Shown here: piece by piece, positions 55,361 to 64,000 of the stretch
Layout of the letters: each line of letters opens with the position of its first letter
How positions within the stretch are numbered: position 1 is the first letter of the stretch
Assembly: GCA_964641155.1 (NCBI GenBank)
Contig: CAZXJO010000002.1
Span: 70,096 to 134,095, forward strand
Source: an uncultured Desulfurococcaceae archaeon
Lineage (GTDB): Archaea; Thermoproteota; Thermoprotei_A; Sulfolobales; NBVN01
Reading direction: 5' to 3'
DNA: 64,000 nucleotides
The notes under the pieces: generated by a model
The model's input: the letters and a program-made list of their open reading frames with translations, nothing else
Told to the model about the DNA's origin: nothing
Database searches by the model: none
Program-made: the position numbers and the translations under genes

Positions 55361-56149
55361 ATGGTGATGTCATTGGAGCTCGAACACCTAATTTCAAAAC
55401 TGGTAGTTTCAGAATCCAGTAGAGACCTAGTGGAGCACTTGGAAAACGATGTCATCATTGTTGGGGCAGGGCCGTCCGGATTAACGGCTGCCAAATACCT
55501 GGCTGAGAAGGAATTCAAAGTAGTTGTATTGGAGAAAAGGCTTAGTTACGGCGGAGGTATCGGTGGGGGTGGTAGTTTATTCCACAAGGTTGTAGTGGAT
55601 GAAAGGGGGCTCGAAGTATTAAGAGACTTCAAAGTAAGGTTTAATGAGACGAGTGTGAAGGGCTACTACGTAGTAGATGCTGCTGAGTTAATGACAAAGC
55701 TCGCAAGTGGTGCTCTCGATGCTGGCGCGAAGATCATTCTTGGAATAGAGGTAGAAGACCTGGTGGTACGTGAAGATCCAGAGAGGGTTGTAGGAGTTGT
55801 ATTTAAGTGGAGTGCTATTAGCATTGCTGGACTCCACGTAGATCCCTTATTCATGTTGTCAAGGGTTACTGTCGACGCCACCGGACACGACGCAGTGTTA
55901 CTCGGTATACTCGCAAGGAAGAACAAGGATTTTGGACTAGTAGTTAAAGGAGAGAGATCCGGCTACGCCGAGAAAGCAGAGAGGGATGTAGTGGAATACA
56001 CTGGGAGAGTGATACCAGGCCTCTACGTTGCGGGTATGGCCGTTGCAGCAGTTCATGGTCTATATAGAATGGGTCCGATATTCACTGGTATGCTATTATC
56101 CGGTAAGAAAGTCGCTGAGATAATATCGGGGGATTTGGGAAGACCCTGA
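55361..56149 (+). CDS. thi4: Thiazole synthase Thi4 (archaeal His-type, ribulose-1,5-bisphosphate-synthetase-like)
   Basis: The FAD/NAD fold motif is VIIVGAGPSGLTAA. The active-site region VDATGHDA carries His where yeast THI4 has the suicide Cys. Confidence 0.9.
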   Translation: MVMSLELEHLISKLVVSESSRDLVEHLENDVIIVGAGPSGLTAAKYLAEKEFKVVVLEKRLSYGGGIGGGGSLFHKVVVDERGLEVLRDFKVRFNETSVKGYYVVDAAELMTKLASGALDAGAKIILGIEVEDLVVREDPERVVGVVFKWSAISIAGLHVDPLFMLSRVTVDATGHDAVLLGILARKNKDFGLVVKGERSGYAEKAERDVVEYTGRVIPGLYVAGMAVAAVHGLYRMGPIFTGMLLSGKKVAEIISGDLGRP

Positions 56150-56164
56150 GTAGGGCTGGGTAGA

Positions 56165-56567
56165 GTACCTGCTCCAATTACTATTGCTGGAGGCGACTCG
56201 GGCAGCGGAGCTGGTGTTGAAGCTGGCTTAAAGATTTTTAGTGTTCTTGGAGCGCGTGGAATAACTGCCACTAGTACAACTGCTCAAAACACGTAATGTG
56301 TAACAGCGATTTACGATCCGATCTAGGGTAGACTACTCTGCGAGCAAGTAAGAGAAGTCTATGAAGGCATTGGTATTGATGCCGTTAAAACATGTACGCT
56401 TAATGGAGATCATTAGTAGCGTTGCAGAAGCAGTTAGAGAATTCAATTTAAAGCTCGTAGTATGCCCGGCTATGGTTGTTAAGTCAGGTGCTAGACTACT
56501 CCGAGAAGAAGCGGTCGAGGCCTCTTCGAGTGCTCGGCCCTCTGGTTTCCTAACATCGAATACTTAA
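56165..56567 (+). pseudogene. thiD: Decayed, truncated hydroxymethylpyrimidine/phosphomethylpyrimidine kinase (thiD) pseudogene
   Basis: Manual translation gives VPAPITIAGGDSGSGAGVEAGLKIFSVLGARGITATSTTAQNT*CVTAIYDPI*GRLLCEQVREVYEGIGIDAVKTCTLNGDH*. After a +1 shift near 56403 it continues MEIISSVAEAVREFNLKLVVCPAMVVKSGARLLREEAVEA...LTSNT*. This is collinear with the N-terminal ~135 aa of ThiD (TIAG.D.SGGAG...K.F...G....TA..AQNT...IDA.K.GML...VV.DPVM.AKSG..LL...ITPN). It has two in-frame stops (56294, 56324) and one frameshift, and the C-terminal half is missing. Confidence 0.85.
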
Positions 56568-56794
56568 AACCTGCTGCAAGAGATCATTTATTAAAGGATC
56601 TCTTCCATCTTTCGATCTTCCCACAGTTCTGGGTAGTCAAACACCGCTGCATCGCCAATGAGGGATGAGGTCAATGGACCTCTACGAACATACTAATACC
56701 CAGAGTGGCAGACAAAGACTGCTTGGGGGTGTGAGGCTCGATGATCCTGGAGTGGGGGAGGGGTTTGAGGACCTGGGAGGCTAAGTTCTCACAA

Positions 56795-56960
56795 TCATGG
56801 GGCTTGAAGATCTACTACTGCAGCTAAGGGTCAATTTTGAAGGTATCTGAGACCCGCACATTGTACGTGGGATGGGACCGAATCTGAGTGGGTATGGAGT
56901 GGGTTGGTAAGTATTGGATAAATGCATCGTCTTTATCCGTCATGAATATCCTTACGTTCT
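56795..56960 (+). repeat. Dispersed noncoding repeat family, copy E (5' two-thirds, 3' core degenerate)
   Basis: GGGGCTTGAAGATCTACTACTGCAGCTAAGGGTCAATTTTGAAGGTATCTGAGACCCGCACATTGTACGTGGGATGGGACCGAA is collinear with copy C (GGGGTTTATTTGCTGCAACAACTGATGATCGATTTTAAAGGTATCTCAGACCCACGCACTGCACGTGGAGGAGTAGGCCCGAA). Confidence 0.6.
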
Positions 56961-56981
56961 CAAACCACAGTATCACACAAC

Positions 56982-57719
56982 CTATTTAATGGATCTTAAG
57001 ATCTTGAAGTAATTGTTTAGCACCGCATTGAGTACTTCCCCAGATTCAATCCCCTTAATCGACGCTATTTCCTCAACGGTATCTATGACCATATCCGGCG
57101 TAAGCCTCGTACCTCTGTAGACGTAGGGGCCGTCGCTCTCCGTTAAAATGATCTCTAAAGGTGCATTAACGACGACATCACGTAATTTTAACTGGAATTT
57201 GATGGATGGATTGACGGTTATGTAGTAGCCAACCGAACGTATGTCATCAATTAATTTGGTAGGCCCGGTGTACCAGTGAACTATCGCTACCTTAACGTCG
57301 TATTTAAACAAGACCCTCAGCGCATCCTCCCACGCCCCTGCCGCATGAACGTTGAGGCCTAAACCATTGCTGGAGGCGTACTCCGCAAACGTCCTAAAGA
57401 AGTTTAATTGCTTGTCGTATGTTTCCGGTACGAACCTTTTATCAATTCCGACTTCACCCAAGAACTTAGCGTTTCCAGCCAAATCTAAGACTCCCCTCAA
57501 ATCACCTTCTGATGCCTTACCAACATTCCATGGGTGGATACCCACCGAAGGGATCATGTTGTTGCATGTCCTACAAATGCTTAATGTCTTCAACGAGCTC
57601 TCAAGATCGTCGGACACGGCAATCATTCTGAACTCCTTGGAGTTGCAGTACTTCTTTAACTCAACTTCGTTGAATTCATGTACATGGCAATGTGCGTCCA
57701 CTAACTCCAAGGTAGCCAC
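56982..57719 (-). CDS. TatD-family metal-dependent hydrolase
   Basis: The N-terminal LVDAHCHV, later GEVGID, HAAG and ESDGP contexts, and a length of 245 aa. Confidence 0.8.
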   Translation of the reverse strand: MATLELVDAHCHVHEFNEVELKKYCNSKEFRMIAVSDDLESSLKTLSICRTCNNMIPSVGIHPWNVGKASEGDLRGVLDLAGNAKFLGEVGIDKRFVPETYDKQLNFFRTFAEYASSNGLGLNVHAAGAWEDALRVLFKYDVKVAIVHWYTGPTKLIDDIRSVGYYITVNPSIKFQLKLRDVVVNAPLEIILTESDGPYVYRGTRLTPDMVIDTVEEIASIKGIESGEVLNAVLNNYFKILRSIK

Positions 57720-57766
57720 GCCGTGACTATATGAATTAGTAGGTGATAAAGTTTACCAATAGGATT

Positions 57767-57803
57767 GGGGCGGGTATGTGGGGGGAGTTGAGGGGTGTTG
57801 GGG
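57767..57803 (+). other. Potential G-quadruplex-forming sequence (five G-tracts)
   Basis: GGGGcGGGtatgtGGGGGGagttgaGGGGtgttGGGG, read directly from the sequence. Loops are 1, 5, 6 and 4 nt. It lies in the divergent TatD / TldD intergenic region. Confidence 0.5.
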
Positions 57804-57881
57804 ATGACTAGCTTAAGCATGTCAATGTGAAACGAAAGTCATTTTACCGGTCTAGTAAGATATTAGAACTGTGGTGGTTGG

Positions 57882-59321
57882 TTGAGTGAAGACCTACTCA
57901 ATTACGTAGTTGATTACGCGTTGTCCTTAGGGGCTAAGTATGCTGAGGCTAGGTATCAATCTGACGAGACCTTCGTCATGGTCTTGAGGAACGGTAAACT
58001 AGTTACTTTAGGTAGAACCTTAAGCGATGGCGTGGGTATTAGGTTGGTATATAACGGTGTGCTCACGTTTCTAGCCACCAATAAGTTGGGGAGGAACGAC
58101 CTACTAGATGTTGTGAGGAAGGTCGTGGATAGGGCTAAAGCCCTCTCACATTTAGTGAAATCACCGACTAGATTCAGCGATGACGAGGTTTGTAGGGGCT
58201 CATACGGCGTTAAGGTCATGAAGGATTTCGACCATGTAGATGCTGAGGGCAAGGTGAAGTTCCTCGAAGGGCTTCATGAAGTGGTAGTCAACACAGTTAA
58301 GGAAGCTAAGATACCGGCCACATACTGCGAGTACGTGGAACATGTCCAGAGAAAGCTCATACTTAACAGTGAGGGCGGGTTAGTGAGCAGCGAGGTGCCA
58401 CGGCTTTCAATAACTCTTAACATGATAATGCACCACGGTCAAAAAGGAAGCCTCCAAAGATTGATGCAGTGGGGTGCTTCCGGCGGTTTAGAACTGCTAG
58501 AGAAATGGGCTCCGGAAAAGGCTTTGGAGGACGAGGTGAGGAACTTGGAGGAGGTGCTCATCCACGGCATTGAACCGCCTAAAGAAGCTGTTGACGTGGT
58601 AGTGGGGTCTGAGATAGTGGGTTTAGTGGTACACGAATCCGCAGGTCATCCCATGGAAGCTGATAGGATACTGGGCAGGGAGGCAGCGCAGGGTGGTGAG
58701 TCGTACGTCAAACCCGACTACCTCGGGATGTTTAGGATAGGTAACGAACACGCGACCGTAATTGACGACCCCACCATTCCTGGGAGCTTCGGGTACTACG
58801 AGTACGATGATGAATGTGTTAGGGCACGTCCCAGGTTCTTGTATAAGGAGGGTTTAGTGAATGAGCCCCTACACAACAGATGCACCGCGTACGTCTTCAA
58901 GGTTAAAAGCAATGGTTCTTCAAGGTCAATGGATTATGCGAGCGAACCCCTTGTGAGGATGTCTAATACGTACTTCAAACCCGGTGACATGAGCTTCGAA
59001 GAACTCATCAGCGACATTGATTTCGGTGTGTACATTAAGTCTTACATGGAGTGGAACATAGACGACATTAGGTGGAATCAGAGGTACGTTGGTCTGGAAT
59101 CCTATCTAATAGTCAACGGCGAGTTGAAGGATGCGGTCAGGAATCCGGTGTTGGAATTAACGACTTCAAGCTTCTACAGTAAGATAACCGGCGTTGATAG
59201 GGAGTTAAAGTTTTACCCTGGGACCTGCGGTAAGGGTGAGCCCTCCCAGGGGATCCCGGTGTGGTTCGGGGGGCCTAACGTCAGGCTCTCAAAAGTTAGG
59301 TTAGGAGGTGTTGCGCCGTGA
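57882..59321 (+). CDS. tldD: TldD-family metalloprotease
   Basis: The HExxxH motif is VHESAGHPMEADR, followed by GxC (PGTCGKG) at the C-terminus. It is paired with a PmbA-like gene. TTG start. Confidence 0.85.
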   Translation: MSEDLLNYVVDYALSLGAKYAEARYQSDETFVMVLRNGKLVTLGRTLSDGVGIRLVYNGVLTFLATNKLGRNDLLDVVRKVVDRAKALSHLVKSPTRFSDDEVCRGSYGVKVMKDFDHVDAEGKVKFLEGLHEVVVNTVKEAKIPATYCEYVEHVQRKLILNSEGGLVSSEVPRLSITLNMIMHHGQKGSLQRLMQWGASGGLELLEKWAPEKALEDEVRNLEEVLIHGIEPPKEAVDVVVGSEIVGLVVHESAGHPMEADRILGREAAQGGESYVKPDYLGMFRIGNEHATVIDDPTIPGSFGYYEYDDECVRARPRFLYKEGLVNEPLHNRCTAYVFKVKSNGSSRSMDYASEPLVRMSNTYFKPGDMSFEELISDIDFGVYIKSYMEWNIDDIRWNQRYVGLESYLIVNGELKDAVRNPVLELTTSSFYSKITGVDRELKFYPGTCGKGEPSQGIPVWFGGPNVRLSKVRLGGVAP

Positions 59322-60652
59322 GCCGGGAATTACTAGCTCTTAATGAATTGATTATGAGTAAGTTACGCGATCTATATCACGAATCAGCCGTTCAGTTGAA
59401 TGAGGTTAACTCAGTCATGGTTAAAATAGTCAACAATGACATAGCCCTTAAGCACGTCCAAACACTTTACGCCATCAGTTTGTACTTAGTCAAAGACAGG
59501 AGGGTTTTCATAATGGAAACTTCAACATCGAATGTGAATGAGTTGCTAAAGCTTGTCGACAGAGTAGGTGATTACGTAGGATGGGTTCAGGAGTCGGAGA
59601 TGTATGCACCGCTGCCGGAACCTAGACAGCATAAAATAGTTAACGATCTAGTTGATGAGAAGGTATCGACACACATCAACAACCCCGCACAACTATGTGA
59701 GTTATTGCTTAACTCTGCTGTGAATGAGGGAGCTCAAAGGACGTCAGGCACTTTAAAGCTAAGCATCTCATCTAGAGCGTTAACAACTAGTAAGGGGTTC
59801 GAAGGGTTTGAGAGGAGCAGTGAGGTCGTAGCATACTTAAGGGCTTTTAGGGGTGATTCATCCGGTCACTGGGCGTATGGGAGCAGGGTCTTAGACCTTA
59901 AATCTGTGGAGGAGGTTGGTAGGACGGCTGCGCAATATGCAGTAGCTGCTAAGGACGTGGTGGACGTCCCTCCAGGGAAGTACGACGTGATATTATCACC
60001 GCTGGTTGTGGGTAACATCATGGAGTTGGTGGCTGTAATGGCCTCAGCTTTTCACGTGTTAGCGGGCTTCTCAATCTTCATGAACAAGAAGTTAGGGGAT
60101 AAAGTAGCGGCTGATGAGGTCACGTTGAGTGATGTGCCAAGGGACACGGAGTTGAGCGGCTCCACAGGATTCGATGACGAGGGTCTTGAAACTTATGACA
60201 AGGAAATCATAGGTGGGGGCGTTCTGAAGACATTGCTCCATAACTGTAAGACTGCGAGTAAGTTAGGGACTTCATCAACCGGTAACGCGGGTTGGATATC
60301 CCCCAAACCTTGGAACCTCTCCTTAGCGCCGGGTGATGCAGACCTCGATGAAATGGTTAGAGAGGTTAGGAACGGGTTACTCATCACTAATAACTGGTAT
60401 ACAAGGCTTCAAAACTATGTTGAAGGGATGTTCTCAACAGTTAGTAGGGATGCGGTGTTCTACATCCGCAATGGCGAAGTCGTTGGCCGTGCGGGGAGGG
60501 TCAGAATCGCAGATAACTTGAACAACTTGCTAAATAACGTGTTGATGATTGGTAGGGAACGCTACCTAATAAAGTGGTGGGAAGTCACAGTCCCTTCTAA
60601 GGTGCCATATCTACTTGTGGGAGACCTCAACATAACGAGACCGTTCGACTAA
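59318..60652 (+). CDS. pmbA: PmbA/TldE-family protein (partner of TldD)
   Basis: 444 aa and homologous in layout to the upstream TldD but lacking HExxxH. It has a 4-nt start/stop overlap with tldD. Confidence 0.8.
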   Translation: MSRELLALNELIMSKLRDLYHESAVQLNEVNSVMVKIVNNDIALKHVQTLYAISLYLVKDRRVFIMETSTSNVNELLKLVDRVGDYVGWVQESEMYAPLPEPRQHKIVNDLVDEKVSTHINNPAQLCELLLNSAVNEGAQRTSGTLKLSISSRALTTSKGFEGFERSSEVVAYLRAFRGDSSGHWAYGSRVLDLKSVEEVGRTAAQYAVAAKDVVDVPPGKYDVILSPLVVGNIMELVAVMASAFHVLAGFSIFMNKKLGDKVAADEVTLSDVPRDTELSGSTGFDDEGLETYDKEIIGGGVLKTLLHNCKTASKLGTSSTGNAGWISPKPWNLSLAPGDADLDEMVREVRNGLLITNNWYTRLQNYVEGMFSTVSRDAVFYIRNGEVVGRAGRVRIADNLNNLLNNVLMIGRERYLIKWWEVTVPSKVPYLLVGDLNITRPFD

Positions 60653-61698
60653 ACTACTTCCTGAACCCTTTCATATTCGCTTAACCCCTCATCACACTCC
60701 TCAACCTCGTCCCAGCCCTTAGGACATCCATCGCCGAACCTGATAAGGGGTTTTTCAAGCTTCGTCAGCAACGCAACTCTAGAAGGTATGCTGTACGAAG
60801 CTATGTTGTATCCTATCTCCTCAGATAACTTCCTGGCGAATTCCATTACCTCTTTAAAGGTAGGCATGTTATCCTTCCCCAACCTGTTGATGGACCTCCC
60901 CACATGCATGTATGCCTTCACCTCAACGTATGTGGGTTGTGAGAGGTCTAAGAGGTTCTTGAAGTTCTTAATTGCCGCATCCCCCGTGTTGAATCCATTC
61001 ACTAACGTAATTCTGATGACGGTAGGGGACGTGAAGCTGGGTAGTATTTCTAAAGTTTTCAAAGTGAGTTCCCAAGCACTGGGGACGAGAGGCCTGTTAA
61101 AGTAGGTGTAGGTCGGCTCATCATATGCTTCCAAAGATACGTAGAGTTGGCTCGGCTCTTCATCCAGGCTAGCCAGGACGTCGGGCCTTATACCCCTGGT
61201 AACCAAGAACGTAGATAGACCCCTTCTATGGAACTCGCTGATGAGTTCGGATAGTCTAGGATACAGTGTGGGTTCCCCGGTGAGGCTGATGGCTACGTGC
61301 TTGGGATTCATAGCCTCCTTGAACATCTTCTCTGAAGCCCTAGCCCTATACCCGCTCACGGTCCTCCTGTGCTCTAGGATTGCGGATTCCGCGATGAACT
61401 CCGGGTCGTCCACGTAAGGGAGTTTGGTTAAATACTCACTGCTTAAGCCCAAGTCTTGGGGCCTCATACGCCAGCAGTGTAGGCAGGAATTCCAGCACCA
61501 AAGCACTGAAGGTGACATCTGTATGCATCTATGTGACTCAATGCCGTAGAACTTACACTTATAGCAGAACTTCCCATGTACTAAGGCGTTGTGAACCCAT
61601 AAACACTTCTTGACAGCGCTATGCGCCCCTATGAGATGGTATTTCTGCTCCTTTAACTTCCTCATACATTCCGTGTATACGTCGGTGACTGACTGCAT
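60649..61698 (-). CDS. taw1: tRNA 4-demethylwyosine synthase (radical SAM, Taw1/TYW1)
   Basis: The radical-SAM cluster is CWNSCLHCW (CxxxCxxC), with an upstream second Cys cluster (CLW...CYKCKFYG...HRC) and ISLTGEPTLYP. Confidence 0.9.
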   Translation of the reverse strand: MQSVTDVYTECMRKLKEQKYHLIGAHSAVKKCLWVHNALVHGKFCYKCKFYGIESHRCIQMSPSVLWCWNSCLHCWRMRPQDLGLSSEYLTKLPYVDDPEFIAESAILEHRRTVSGYRARASEKMFKEAMNPKHVAISLTGEPTLYPRLSELISEFHRRGLSTFLVTRGIRPDVLASLDEEPSQLYVSLEAYDEPTYTYFNRPLVPSAWELTLKTLEILPSFTSPTVIRITLVNGFNTGDAAIKNFKNLLDLSQPTYVEVKAYMHVGRSINRLGKDNMPTFKEVMEFARKLSEEIGYNIASYSIPSRVALLTKLEKPLIRFGDGCPKGWDEVEECDEGLSEYERVQEVV

Positions 61699-61754
61699 TC
61701 GTACCGACTTAAGCTACGGTACCAGGTTTATAAGTTGAAGTAATAGTTAATTTA

Positions 61755-62732
61755 ATGGGTCACAACTCCATGAAGTCTGCCGCGGTTGTATGTCATGGGG
61801 ACTGCGACGGCGTCATAAGTGCTTTTCTCTACATAAAACATTTTCTAAGAGATTCCTACCCAAACAACACTGAGTTGATATTCACACAACCTTGGAGAGC
61901 GCACTTAGACCTCAAGAAAGTGCCTAGGGAAATAAGTGAGTTAGTAATGCTTGACATAGCGTTGAGTAAGGACATCATCGCAGAAGTCCTCCCCCTAGCA
62001 CGTAGGGCTAAGGTGGTGTTCATTGACCACCACATAAGCAGTGAGGAATTCTTAAACGAGTTGATGAGGGTAGGGGCTAAGGTCATTTGGAATAAGGCGA
62101 CCTCAACGCCTAGGTTGATGAACGATAACTTGAAGCTCATCACGAATCCGTATGAGGCGATGCTGATTCGGGTAGCTGACATATGTGAGGGTGTTGAGGC
62201 CCAAGACGACGTCAGTAGGGTAGCTGACTTAATAAAGCTCTCAATAGCAAGGGACCCAGGCGATACGGAATTCCTCAACCTCCTAATAAAATCCATGTTA
62301 AAGGGGGGTAATCTGTCAAATATGGAGGAAGTGGTTAAGAGGGCTGCAATAGCTAGGTGGTTGCTTAACAAGCTCCTCAAACTTATGAGGGATAGGGCCA
62401 TCTTGGTTGGGGAGTACCTCATAACCACGCTTACATCATCTGAGTCCAGGATATATGCCGGGTTGCTAGGGATAGCCTCCACCGAGTTTACCAAGGAGAT
62501 GAAGAAGGATGTGATACTGATTAGGGAGGAGGAGGGAAAGGTAGTGGTAACTATCAGGTCATCTAAGAGGAACGCACTAACACTCTGTAAATTGATTGCT
62601 GACAGACTTGGCGGCAAGTACGGTGGTCATGTCGAAGCCGCGTCGGCCACCTTAAGCAATGCAACACTTGAAAAGGTTCAGCTGGGAGTGTTAGAGGTGG
62701 TCAAAAGCGTTAGAAGAAGTACTCCTGCCTAA
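61755..62732 (+). CDS. DHH-family phosphoesterase (RecJ/NrnA-like)
   Basis: DHH motif I is HGDCDGVISA, motif II is MLDIA, and motif III is FIDHH. 325 aa. Confidence 0.65.
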   Translation: MGHNSMKSAAVVCHGDCDGVISAFLYIKHFLRDSYPNNTELIFTQPWRAHLDLKKVPREISELVMLDIALSKDIIAEVLPLARRAKVVFIDHHISSEEFLNELMRVGAKVIWNKATSTPRLMNDNLKLITNPYEAMLIRVADICEGVEAQDDVSRVADLIKLSIARDPGDTEFLNLLIKSMLKGGNLSNMEEVVKRAAIARWLLNKLLKLMRDRAILVGEYLITTLTSSESRIYAGLLGIASTEFTKEMKKDVILIREEEGKVVVTIRSSKRNALTLCKLIADRLGGKYGGHVEAASATLSNATLEKVQLGVLEVVKSVRRSTPA

Positions 62733-62745
62733 CGCTGATTGGGAG

Positions 62746-63408
62746 TTGTTGGGGGAAGTCCTGAGGAAGAACTTCAGGTCAAGCACTCTGATAATAGTCT
62801 CGGATTGTGAGGTCGTATACGAAGGCAGGGCCTCCAGTAAGGCATCAGAGGCACGTAGGTTAATAATAATCAAGGAGGATGGGTCGTTACTAATTCATGA
62901 GGGAAGGGGTGTTGAACCGATTAACTGGCAGCCCAACGCATCACTAACCTTTAAAGTGGGCGATAATTTCTTTGAGATAACAGCTATTAGGAGTAGGCCT
63001 AAGGAGGTAGTTAAGGTTTTTGTTAAGGACAGACCCCATGTAATGGTGGTAAGGTTAAGGAAGGGTGTTTTCACTATTAAAGGTACTGAGGAAGACCTGA
63101 TTAATCGCATAGCGTCCAACCCATCCATTATTGAGGAGAACGCTAAGCTGGTTGCTAAGGAATTTATGACACCTCACGGTAGGGTTGACGTGATCTTAAG
63201 AAGTGTTAACGAGGAGCTAATACTTGTTGAATGTAAGAGGGGTATGGCTGATTTGGACGCCGTTCACCAACTGATGAGGTATGTGGAATACTACAGCGGT
63301 TTAGGCCTTAAGGTTAAAGGAGTTATAGCCTCTCCAAGCATCTCACCGCAGGCACTCAAACTGTTGTCTAAGAATGGCCTAAACTACGTTAAGGTCTCCG
63401 TCAACTGA
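62746..63408 (+). CDS. nucS: Endonuclease NucS/EndoMS (mismatch-specific, RecB-like C-terminal domain)
   Basis: The N-terminal half-barrel (CEVVYEGRASSKASEARRLIIIKEDGSLLIHE) is followed by the C-terminal PD-(D/E)XK motif GRVDVILRSVNEELILVECKRG. Confidence 0.85.
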   Translation: MLGEVLRKNFRSSTLIIVSDCEVVYEGRASSKASEARRLIIIKEDGSLLIHEGRGVEPINWQPNASLTFKVGDNFFEITAIRSRPKEVVKVFVKDRPHVMVVRLRKGVFTIKGTEEDLINRIASNPSIIEENAKLVAKEFMTPHGRVDVILRSVNEELILVECKRGMADLDAVHQLMRYVEYYSGLGLKVKGVIASPSISPQALKLLSKNGLNYVKVSVN

Positions 63409-63462
63409 TATCAGATACGTAATCATTTTAACACCTTTTTAAAGGTGATCAACAACCAAGAT

Positions 63463-64000
63463 TTGGTGAGTGTGGTGAGTGATGAAGCTATAGACAAGTT
63501 TTTCCATCCCAACTCCGTCGCAATCGTGGGGGCTTCAAGGGATCCTAGTAAGGTGGGGTATCAGTTACTTTACAATCTAGCTTCTAAGTTTAAAGGCGAT
63601 ATCTACCCGATAAACCCCAACGCCGATCAGATCTTAGGAATTAAGGCCTACCCCTCCATTAAGTCGGTGCCTTACACCATTGACTTGGCCGTAATCTCAG
63701 TCCCAGCCTCCGCAGTACCTTCTGTTATGGAGGAATGCGGTGTGAAGAATGTGAGGTGTGCCATAATAATTGCCGCTGGCTTTAAGGAAGTGGGGACCCC
63801 TGAAGGTGTTGAAAGTGAGAGGAAGGTAGTTGAAATAGCTAGGAAGTACGGGATCAGGGTTATAGGACCTAATTGCATGGGTGTTTACGTACCTAAGGTA
63901 GGTCTAAATACTACGTTCTTAAATCCGGAGCGTATGGATTTCCCTGAGCACGGCAATATAGCGTTCATCTCTCAAAGCGGTGCATTCGGTATAGCGGTGC
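63463..64000 (+). CDS. ADP-forming acetyl-CoA synthetase / CoA-binding domain protein; partial, continues beyond the right edge
   Basis: Manual translation gives FFHPNSVAIVGASRDPSKVGY...INPN...LAVISVPA...IIIAAGFKE...IRVIGPNCMGV...FISQSGAFG, typical of the ACD alpha N-terminus. The start is uncertain (TTG 63463, or GTG 63466, 63472 or 63475). Confidence 0.75.
   Translation, partial: MVSVVSDEAIDKFFHPNSVAIVGASRDPSKVGYQLLYNLASKFKGDIYPINPNADQILGIKAYPSIKSVPYTIDLAVISVPASAVPSVMEECGVKNVRCAIIIAAGFKEVGTPEGVESERKVVEIARKYGIRVIGPNCMGVYVPKVGLNTTFLNPERMDFPEHGNIAFISQSGAFGIAV

Overview
This window reads as a chromosomal segment of a thermophilic crenarchaeon, and its gene content fits Thermoproteales (Vulcanisaeta/Caldivirga-like). 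That content includes a nurA-herA-mre11-rad50 operon, xerA, His-type thi4, nucS, taw1, a split transketolase, and AT-rich TATA boxes about 25-30 nt upstream of start codons. No database search was possible, so the taxonomy is an inference. I support about 58 CDS, one tRNA-Val(UAC), one thiD pseudogene, and a dispersed noncoding repeat family.

Housekeeping blocks:
- split transketolase (1-1841)
- DNA end-resection operon (27759-33873)
- pdxS-pdxT (35368-36976)
- a complete divergent pyrimidine cluster, pyrF-E-K-C-D / pyrB-I (47557-53353)
- tldD/pmbA, taw1, a DHH phosphoesterase, nucS, and a partial ADP-forming acetyl-CoA synthetase

Most interesting observations:
1. An orphan, translationally coupled three-gene operon (17078-21038). 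It encodes a soluble protein, a roughly 10-TM protein with a 430-aa helical tail, and a PH-like protein. None has a recognisable catalytic motif. It sits divergent to an Mrr-type PD-(D/E)XK nuclease.
2. A threonine-synthase-like pseudoenzyme directly after pdxST. Its PLP lysine is replaced (TYSDR instead of SFKDR), its phosphate loop is lost, and it is fused to a C-terminal winged helix. It is a candidate vitamin-B6-linked regulator.
3. A 160-215 nt noncoding repeat family with 5 clear and several degenerate copies. All are intergenic and most abut gene 3' ends. They are concentrated in a gene-poor accessory stretch (9.75-15.1 kb) that carries a tandem-duplicated secreted cyclase, tRNA-Val and a formamidase.
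4. A decayed thiD pseudogene next to thi4, ending where a repeat copy begins.
5. Two further wHTH fusions to metabolic folds: wHTH-transketolase N subunit and wHTH-SBP.

No CRISPR array, rRNA or intact transposase was seen. Repeat boundaries were set by eye and are good to about +/-10-15 nt.
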